Part shown: positions 1 to 5,971 of the stretch, piece after piece
Numbering within the stretch: position 1 is the first letter of the stretch
Layout: every line of letters begins with the position of its first letter
From: a virus
Lineage: Duplodnaviria > Caudoviricetes
Direction: 5' to 3' (one strand)
Virus record (IMG/VR): IMGVR_UViG_3300005805_000373
Coordinates: 1 to 27,452 of that record
DNA length: 27,452 bases
Made by a program: the position numbers and the translations under genes
Notes under the pieces: generated by a model
Told to the model about the DNA's origin: nothing
Databases searched by the model: none
What the model saw: the letters and a program-made list of their open reading frames with translations, nothing else

Positions 1-79
1 ACCATCCGTAAGCGTTTGAGCCACGCTCTTCACTGTGATAGTAATCAAAGGCTGTTGTATTTGTTGTGATGTTTAACAT
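1..79 (-). CDS. Hypothetical protein, N-terminal part only (runs off left edge)
   Basis: Read manually: ATG at 79 preceded by CGGAGTTATTATC; open frame MLNITTNTTAFDYYHSEERGSNAYGW to the window edge. Confidence 0.6.
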   Translation of the reverse strand, partial: MLNITTNTTAFDYYHSEERGSNAYGW

Positions 80-111
80 GATAATAACTCCGTGATTGTT
101 TTATAATTTAA

Positions 112-273
112 TTAATATTCTAGCCAAATTCTGCCATAGTATTTACCGTCAAACTGGCATTTATATTTTGTATGCCAAACCCTTTTATATTTGTTGGTAG
201 CATGCAATTCTTTAACCTTATTCTCACAAAAATCTAGCGTATAAAAACTTTTACACCATTTAATTTTCATCAT
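112..273 (-). CDS. Small hypothetical protein (53 aa, not in ORF track)
   Basis: MMKIKWCKSFYTLDFCENKVKELHATNKYKRVWHTKYKCQFDGKYYGRIWLEY*; AGGTG SD-like element upstream; fills the gap between neighbouring minus-strand genes. Confidence 0.65.
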   Translation of the reverse strand: MMKIKWCKSFYTLDFCENKVKELHATNKYKRVWHTKYKCQFDGKYYGRIWLEY

Positions 274-284
274 TAACACCTGTA

Positions 285-467
285 TTAGTTTCTATACCAT
301 TGGCCTTGATTATAACCCTCAACAAAAAAATCAATCATTGCTTGGGCTTGTTGTTTGTCTTCATGCTCAAAAGTTTTGATAACTAGCCAACGATTGCTGT
401 TAACGTGATAAATAGTTACTTTGTAGTTTTCGTGAATAGTGTTTCTAGAAATGTCGATACGTAACAT
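285..467 (-). CDS. Small hypothetical protein (60 aa), first gene behind a consensus promoter
   Basis: ORF track; SD AAGGGG 5 nt before ATG; perfect sigma70 promoter upstream. Confidence 0.8.
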   Translation of the reverse strand: MLRIDISRNTIHENYKVTIYHVNSNRWLVIKTFEHEDKQQAQAMIDFFVEGYNQGQWYRN

Positions 468-503
468 ATTAACCCCTTAAATTGTTTTATAATGTGTAAG
501 CGT

Positions 504-532
504 ATTATATGTAAACTAGTTTACTATGTCAA
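504..532 (-). promoter_or_regulatory. Perfect sigma70-type promoter with palindromic spacer
   Basis: Minus strand TTGACA (532-527), 17 bp spacer, TATAAT (509-504); spacer contains perfect 14-bp palindrome GTAAACTAGTTTAC (511-524). Confidence 0.9.
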
Positions 533-575
533 CACACTACAACACTAAAATAGCAGAATTTTGTAAATATTATTG

Positions 576-605
576 TTGCATGCTATGATGCACTAATAGT
601 ATAAA
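576..605 (+). promoter_or_regulatory. Putative rightward promoter for the Zn-finger/terS genes
   Basis: TTGCAT-18 bp-TATAAA; shares ACTAATAG(T/C)ATAA with the putative promoter at 20796-20824. Confidence 0.45.
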
Positions 606-687
606 GAGTTATCAAGTTAAGATGTGTATGATTTAACAAAGAATGTTAGTGTTATCAACAAACTTGTTAACAGAAATTGGGGATAAG

Positions 688-909
688 ATGAGTTTTGTTA
701 GATGTGATGCGTGTAGAGGACAGAAAAAAGTTAGAGCACTGGGCTGCCTGATGAAACGTTGCTTTGAGTGTCAAGGCACAGGATACCTAGAAGTAGAAGA
801 GCAAGAGCAGTTTGAAAGCGATAAGCAAGCTGTTGAAGTGAACGAAAATAAGGCAGAAACAGTGTTGCCCGAATCTAAGAAATCATCAAGATTTAAGAAA
901 AAGGATTAA
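688..909 (+). CDS. Small protein with DnaJ-type Cys zinc-finger motifs
   Basis: ATG 688 has GGGGA SD (preferred over 643); CDACRGQK...CFECQGTG resembles two CxxCxGxG repeats; acidic then basic tail. Confidence 0.75.
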   Translation: MSFVRCDACRGQKKVRALGCLMKRCFECQGTGYLEVEEQEQFESDKQAVEVNENKAETVLPESKKSSRFKKKD

Positions 910-912
910 ATC

Positions 913-1338
913 ATGACAGCTGGAAGACCAACAGTATACACAAAAGAGCTTGCTGAATTAATTTGTGAGAAAGTCGCAACTAATACAGTAGGTTTAGAAG
1001 ATTTGTGCAGATTGTTCCCCGAATTACCAAGTCATGACACAATTAAAAGATGGCGAAAAGAGAAACCTGAATTTTCTGCTTTGTATCATGAAGCTAAAGT
1101 ATTTCAATCGAAGTTGTTAGTTGAGGAATGTGAATATTTGATTCCTGATGTTAAAACTTATGTTGATGATGCTGGTTATGAGAGATTAGACCCTGCTAGT
1201 GCGAGCTTGCTTAAAGCGAAGATAGAACATAGGCGTTGGATGGCAGCTAGATTATCGCCTAAGATTTACGGCGATAAGCAAACTATCGAGCAGACAGTCA
1301 CAGTTAAGCACGAAGATGCACTAAAAGAACTAGAATAA
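913..1338 (+). CDS. terS: Terminase small subunit (Sf6/P22-like HTH type)
   Basis: GRPTVYTKELAELICEKVA N-terminus, 'LPSHDTIKRW...PEFSALY..AK' HTH, and 'IEHRRWMAARLSPKIYGDK' C-terminal motif typical of this TerS family. Confidence 0.9.
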   Translation: MTAGRPTVYTKELAELICEKVATNTVGLEDLCRLFPELPSHDTIKRWRKEKPEFSALYHEAKVFQSKLLVEECEYLIPDVKTYVDDAGYERLDPASASLLKAKIEHRRWMAARLSPKIYGDKQTIEQTVTVKHEDALKELE

Positions 1339-1355
1339 TACAACGGACGACATAG

Positions 1356-1377
1356 AAGCCCATAGCGGGCTTTTTTT
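1356..1377 (+). terminator. Rho-independent terminator after terS
   Basis: AAGCCC-ATAGC-GGGCTT hairpin running into a T7 tract, 17 nt after the terS stop. Confidence 0.8.
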
Positions 1378-1524
1378 GTTTCTGGGGCAAATGCATTACC
1401 TACCATGAGATAATCGCTTGTAGAGCTTCCTAGGAGGTCAAAGTTTTGGTTAATCGGGAATAATTGTTAGCTGAGGCATCCCGGACAACAATAAAGATAT
1501 ATTATTATATTATGTTGTAATGTG

Positions 1525-1553
1525 TTGACACGTGTTAATAGTAGTTATATAAT
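1525..1553 (+). promoter_or_regulatory. Perfect sigma70-type promoter
   Basis: TTGACA (1525-1530), 17 bp, TATAAT (1548-1553); AT-rich UP-like sequence upstream. Confidence 0.9.
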
Positions 1554-1590
1554 GTTGTCATTAGATGATAAAACAATACAAGGGGATAAT

Positions 1591-1788
1591 ATGAATGCAG
1601 CATACAGACTCTATCAAGAGTTAATCAGCGAGCGTAGAAGCTTGAGCGGTGCAATAGAGTACGCACTAACAAGGATGCGTGACAATGGCTCTAGATGCTC
1701 CATAGGTGGCGACTATCACGTGTTCATGTTCGATGATGGCTCAGCACTAAAGTTAGATAAGAATGGTATAGAGATGGCAGGGAGATAA
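1591..1788 (+). CDS. Small hypothetical protein (65 aa), moron-like
   Basis: ATG 1591 with AAGGGGA SD; the ORF-track start at 1522 lies at the promoter so is unlikely; has its own promoter and terminator. Confidence 0.8.
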   Translation: MNAAYRLYQELISERRSLSGAIEYALTRMRDNGSRCSIGGDYHVFMFDDGSALKLDKNGIEMAGR

Positions 1789-1803
1789 TCCCTGTTTATT
1801 TTT
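1778..1803 (+). terminator. Rho-independent terminator overlapping the stop codon
   Basis: CAGGGA-GATAA-TCCCTG followed by TTTATTTTT. Confidence 0.7.
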
Positions 1804-2121
1804 GTGCAATTTGTAGAAATGAGACCGAATGGAATCGGCTGTAGAAAAACGATTGCCCTTTTGAAAACAAAATTTATATTTGTAGTACCCCCTATTTTTG
1901 CCTAGCTATAATTTTCAAATATCAAAACAATGTTTAATTTATATTCACCCACCATCACAGCCCAATACCAATTTTTGAATACTAAAAACATTGCTCAATA
2001 AATTAACATCAAACATTAAGTCAAAAAATTACCACACAAAATTCTACTCACCCAAACCCTGTTCTTTTTATTATCACCTACATCATTACTCTAATACGGA
2101 CAACAATGCGTAGCTTAGTTA

Positions 2122-2664
2122 TTACCATTGGTCTGCCATAGCATCAGCTATTCCTTGGTATGTAATACTTCTTAGCTTCCATCTATCTTTACTAGGTGGC
2201 ATCATGTGTATTCTTGGTTCTCTTCCGGCTACAATGTTTGTTGGCTTAAGTTCAGGCAATCCTTTTAACCAAAGACATGTAGCTTTAGTTTCACCATGGC
2301 CAAATTGCCAAGGCTGTATAATCTGGTTTGGTTTGCGGTAATGCGTGCTCATAACGCCTATAGGGTTTTCTATAGCAATCTTGGGTATATTAGCGTTAGC
2401 AAGTGTGAGAAAAAACTTAATTGCGTCAGTTTGTTCTTGTTTTTTGTCCTTAAACCATCTAGCCCCGGATACAGCCAAATGAGTGCACGGTGGAAACGCA
2501 ATCATCATGTCCCAGTTATCATCGAGTAAAGTTAAGACATCTTTTTGTATATGTTGTCCGGGTTGTTCTGTTGGCAATAAGTCGCATGACCAAGCATCAT
2601 GACCTTTGTTACTAAAAGCCTCCCGCACAATTCCGCTAAACTCACATGCTATTAAGATTTTCAT
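2122..2664 (-). CDS. Compact phage DNA cytosine-5 methyltransferase-like protein
   Basis: MKILIACEFSG (variant SAM-binding motif I), AWSCD, catalytic FPPC (motif IV), IENP (motif VI), KATCLW; ATG overlaps the upstream stop (TAATG at 2664). Confidence 0.8.
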   Translation of the reverse strand: MKILIACEFSGIVREAFSNKGHDAWSCDLLPTEQPGQHIQKDVLTLLDDNWDMMIAFPPCTHLAVSGARWFKDKKQEQTDAIKFFLTLANANIPKIAIENPIGVMSTHYRKPNQIIQPWQFGHGETKATCLWLKGLPELKPTNIVAGREPRIHMMPPSKDRWKLRSITYQGIADAMADQW

Positions 2665-3032
2665 TAGCCATTCCCGTTGCAAAGCTCAATAGTTTTGTAT
2701 GTTTTACTTGGGTAGTCTTTAATAAACTTTATTAGCGCACCTTTTCTGCAATTAGCTTCTATAAAAGTATGTCCTTCAAGTCTTGTCAACCTATCATTTA
2801 CATAGTCTAAACTTCCGTAAGTTATTTTGTATAAACCAGGTTTTTTTTCATACCAATAATCCTTTATTCTTACATTATAAGATACTTTTTCTACCATATC
2901 CCAGGTTATGCCTTTGTATGGGTCGTAAGTTTTTTGAAGGCGCTCTAGTACTTTTTTTGCTTGCTCATCTGTTAATTCTTTATCACGTTTTTTTACATCT
3001 TTAATATGCCATGTAATGGTTATTTTATTCAT
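2664..3032 (-). CDS. Hypothetical phage protein (122 aa)
   Basis: ORF with AAGGA SD, translationally coupled to the methyltransferase; no catalytic motif recognised. Confidence 0.8.
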   Translation of the reverse strand: MNKITITWHIKDVKKRDKELTDEQAKKVLERLQKTYDPYKGITWDMVEKVSYNVRIKDYWYEKKPGLYKITYGSLDYVNDRLTRLEGHTFIEANCRKGALIKFIKDYPSKTYKTIELCNGNG

Positions 3033-3058
3033 AATTTTCCTTGTTATTTATTCGTTGA

Positions 3059-3244
3059 TTATGGATTATGTATTCGGCTAATCTGGATGTAATTTCGCTT
3101 TATTTCTTCAATATCAAGGCAAATAGAATCAAGTACGGCAGTAATTTGCTTAACTGCTTCACAAATCCTGTTTGTCATTTCGTGTTGCTCTGATGTGAAA
3201 TGCTCTATAGCGCACTTAATCACTTCTTCTGTTCTATCATCCAT
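3059..3244 (-). CDS. Small helical/coiled-coil hypothetical protein (61 aa)
   Basis: ATG at 3244 with AAGGGG SD immediately after the tdk stop; heptad-like pattern. Confidence 0.7.
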   Translation of the reverse strand: MDDRTEEVIKCAIEHFTSEQHEMTNRICEAVKQITAVLDSICLDIEEIKRNYIQISRIHNP

Positions 3245-3254
3245 TGTTTTCCCC

Positions 3255-3797
3255 TTATTTAGTTTTAAAAAAATCAGCCCGGCATACAGAAACATAACTT
3301 TCTTCTCTGCCTATTTGAACTTGGTCGCCTTCGTCAATACGCTTCCCATCGGCGTCTATCCTGATGTTCATCGTGGCTTTCTTGCTACAAGAGCAAATGG
3401 TTTTAATCTCTATGATTTCATCGGCCAGTGATAACAAATACTTGCTACCTTCGAAAGGTTCTCCCATAAAATCAGTGCGCAAACCATAACACAGCACTGG
3501 AATATCAAAAGTATCGACAACACCAGCCAGGAAAATAACCTGGCTCTTGGTAAGAAACTGCGACTCATCAACAAAGACACATGACACGCCATCAAACAAA
3601 CTAGCATCCAAACTGTTTCCATCGTACACAATTGCATCTCTTGTTAACCCTATTCTTGATTCTATTCTTGTTCTTCCGACAACAGCAGGGATGAGCGTGA
3701 GTACACGCATCCCCCTTTCCTCATAGTTATGCGCAGCCTGGATAAGACTAGTGCTCTTTCCAGCATTCATAGCGCTATAGTAAAAGTATAATTTCAT
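3255..3797 (-). CDS. tdk: Thymidine kinase (type II, E. coli Tdk/TK1-like)
   Basis: LYFYYSAMNAGKST P-loop, FVDESQF Walker B, YGLRTDF, FEGSKYLL, Zn-binding lasso ICSC...YVSVCR. Confidence 0.95.
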   Translation of the reverse strand: MKLYFYYSAMNAGKSTSLIQAAHNYEERGMRVLTLIPAVVGRTRIESRIGLTRDAIVYDGNSLDASLFDGVSCVFVDESQFLTKSQVIFLAGVVDTFDIPVLCYGLRTDFMGEPFEGSKYLLSLADEIIEIKTICSCSKKATMNIRIDADGKRIDEGDQVQIGREESYVSVCRADFFKTK

Positions 3798-3824
3798 ATT
3801 GCCTCATGCGCACAATTAACAAGT

Positions 3825-4067
3825 TTAATAAGCAAGATAATCAGGTGCGTCATGTTCCGCTTTTCTTAATGCAGCTAATCGCTTACCCTCTTTACACAGC
3901 ATTAACCAGTTAGGTAGCATGGTGTTCATGATTAACAGCACTTGGCTTAAGTCGTCTGCATCTCTTGTATTGTATAACTTAGGGTTGGTTTCAGCAGTTA
4001 TTGTATAAAGATTGTCTATGTGTTTGTAAAATTCGTCATACAAGTCATTAATGTTTTTAGTGCTCAC
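3825..4067 (-). CDS. Hypothetical protein (80 aa)
   Basis: ORF track; overlaps the end of the upstream gene and fills the operon. Confidence 0.65.
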   Translation of the reverse strand: MSTKNINDLYDEFYKHIDNLYTITAETNPKLYNTRDADDLSQVLLIMNTMLPNWLMLCKEGKRLAALRKAEHDAPDYLAY

Positions 4068-4347
4068 GATAAACCCCTGTTTTTTTAGCGGAAAAATAGT
4101 CCCGACTAAACTTAGACATGTACCCTAAAAATTCACCGGCAACATTATCTCTTACATCATCATCTATATTGTCAAGTAAAGTTACAAACATTGAATTAAT
4201 TATTGCTTCTGCGCATTTAAAAAACGTTTCATGACAATCATCTTCTGGAATATCGTATTCCACTAAAAACTCTTCAATACACTCAAAGTTTTTTATCATC
4301 ATAATAGTGACAAATTTTGTCATCTCTTGCCTTAAATCTTCTGTCAT
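4057..4347 (-). CDS. Acidic hypothetical protein (96 aa)
   Basis: ATG at 4347 has strong AAAGGAG SD at 5 nt spacing; the GTG at 4353 overlaps that SD. Confidence 0.75.
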   Translation of the reverse strand: MTEDLRQEMTKFVTIMMIKNFECIEEFLVEYDIPEDDCHETFFKCAEAIINSMFVTLLDNIDDDVRDNVAGEFLGYMSKFSRDYFSAKKTGVYREH

Positions 4348-4374
4348 ATTCACTCCTTTTTATTTAGAATTCAG

Positions 4375-4383
4375 ATAATAACA
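4375..4383 (-). promoter_or_regulatory. Putative extended -10 promoter for the leftward tdk/MTase operon
   Basis: Minus strand TG-T-TATTAT, about 27 nt upstream of the 4347 ATG; -35 poor. Confidence 0.45.
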
Positions 4384-4402
4384 GACTAACTAAAATATCG
4401 CC

Positions 4403-5971
4403 ATGGATGAACGAGAAAGAGCTATAAGACAGAAGCTTAAAGATAATTTTCAGCATTTTGCTTCCAAATGTTTAAAAATACGCGCCAAGGACGGGAAAAT
4501 TGAACCTTTTCAGCTTAATCGCGCACAACTTTACATACATTCCAAGCTAGAAGAGCAACGACAAAAAACTGGCAAAGTAAGAGCCGTTATCCTAAAAGGA
4601 CGACAACAAGGCGTTTCAACGTACATCGGTGCAAGATTTTACCATCAAGTAATACACCGTCACGGTACGCAAGCGTTCATACTAACCCATGCCATGGACG
4701 CTACACAAAACTTGTACAAGATGGCGCAGCGTTATTATGAAAATACGCCGGCCTTAGTTAAACCCGAAGTAACCACGTCTAACGCTAAGGAATTAATTTT
4801 CGGTAAGCTAGATAGCGGTTACAAACTGGGTACCGCAGAAAACCAAGCAACAGGACGCTCGGCTACAATACAGTTGTTACATGGGTCAGAAGCAGCATTC
4901 TGGGCACATGCTTCAGAGCACGCAAAAGGTATTTTTCAGGCGGTGCCCAATGCCATCAACACTGAAATTATATTAGAATCCACGGCAAACGGCGTTGGTA
5001 ATTTCTTCCATCAGATGTGGCAAAAGGCAGAAGCCGGGGAATCAGAATTTATTGCAGTATTTGTGCCATGGTATTGGCAAGAAGAGTATGTTTTGCCACT
5101 CCCAGAAGGCTTCCTGATGACCATAGAAGAAGAGCGTCTAGCAGAGCAATACAATCTTACCCCCGAACAAATAATGTGGCGCAGAAATAAAATAGTGGAG
5201 TTTAGCGTAAATGGAGCAGACGGTGAACGGTCATTCATGCAAGAGTACCCATGTTGTGCGGCAGAATCTTTTCAATTATCTGGTGAAGATACGTTCATTG
5301 ACACAGAGCTTGTCATGCAGGCACGCAAATCTAATTACAATGACTATGTTGGCCCTTTGCTCATTGGGGTTGACCCAGCTCGTTTTGGCTCTGATAGGAC
5401 AGCTATTATCCGCAGGCGTGGACGTATTGCGTACAAGCTTGAAACCCACGTTAAAAAAGACACCATGGAAATCACAGGAATGGTTCATCGTATTATCATG
5501 GAAGAAAAACCAGCAAAAGTATTTGTAGACGTGGGTGGCTTAGGCGCTGGTATTGTTGACCGTTTAAAGGAATTAGGTCACGATAGTATTGTGGTAGGCG
5601 TTAATGCTGGTAGTACACCATTAAACCAATATAAGTATAACAACAAGCGCGCTGAAATGTGGGCAGAGCTTAAAGCTTGGTTAATGGATGGGCCAGTTAA
5701 AATACCAGATAGCGATGAGCTACATAGTGACTTATGTGGTGTACGATATCGCATAGACAGCAACTCACGTTTAGTCATGGAGAAAAAAGAAGACATGAAA
5801 AAACGCGGCGTACGTTCTAGCGACTGTGCAGACAGCATATGCTTAACATTTGCTCATCCTGTGAGTGCAATAATAAATTTTACACAATCTAAACAAATTG
5901 CTGGTACAATTTTAAGAACGCAAATGGCACAAATAGAAGCACGAGGAATAATCTATGGCTCAGGTGAATAA
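4403..5971 (+). CDS. terL: Terminase large subunit
   Basis: Adenine-binding LNRAQ, Walker A LKGRQQGVST, Walker B LLHGSE, coupling motif LESTANG, RNase H-like nuclease IGVDPARFGSD...VDVGGLG...DCADS. Confidence 0.97.
   Translation: MDERERAIRQKLKDNFQHFASKCLKIRAKDGKIEPFQLNRAQLYIHSKLEEQRQKTGKVRAVILKGRQQGVSTYIGARFYHQVIHRHGTQAFILTHAMDATQNLYKMAQRYYENTPALVKPEVTTSNAKELIFGKLDSGYKLGTAENQATGRSATIQLLHGSEAAFWAHASEHAKGIFQAVPNAINTEIILESTANGVGNFFHQMWQKAEAGESEFIAVFVPWYWQEEYVLPLPEGFLMTIEEERLAEQYNLTPEQIMWRRNKIVEFSVNGADGERSFMQEYPCCAAESFQLSGEDTFIDTELVMQARKSNYNDYVGPLLIGVDPARFGSDRTAIIRRRGRIAYKLETHVKKDTMEITGMVHRIIMEEKPAKVFVDVGGLGAGIVDRLKELGHDSIVVGVNAGSTPLNQYKYNNKRAEMWAELKAWLMDGPVKIPDSDELHSDLCGVRYRIDSNSRLVMEKKEDMKKRGVRSSDCADSICLTFAHPVSAIINFTQSKQIAGTILRTQMAQIEARGIIYGSGE

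Larger units (their letters stand above)
1482..2107 (+). repeat. 11-bp direct repeat CGGACAACAAT (1482-1492 and 2097-2107)
   Basis: Two exact intergenic copies; a degenerate third copy CGGACGACAT at 1344-1353. Confidence 0.55.

Noticed and set aside
652-686. DnaA-box-like 9-mers TTATCAACA (652-660) and TGGGGATAA (678-686)
   Set aside because: Each has a mismatch to TTATCCACA and the second doubles as the SD of the 688 gene; too weak to call an origin.
643-687. ORF-track start at 643 for the Zn-finger gene
   Set aside because: No SD; ATG 688 has GGGGA at normal spacing and begins the Cys motif region.
1522-1590. N-terminal extension of the moron ORF
   Set aside because: Overlaps the perfect promoter and 5' leader; the real start is 1591.
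2296-3637. Alternative-frame ORFs 2296-2529, 2783-3004, 3195-3431 and 3410-3637
   Set aside because: Shadow ORFs overlapping the motif-supported MTase, tdk and neighbours; no RBS or motifs.
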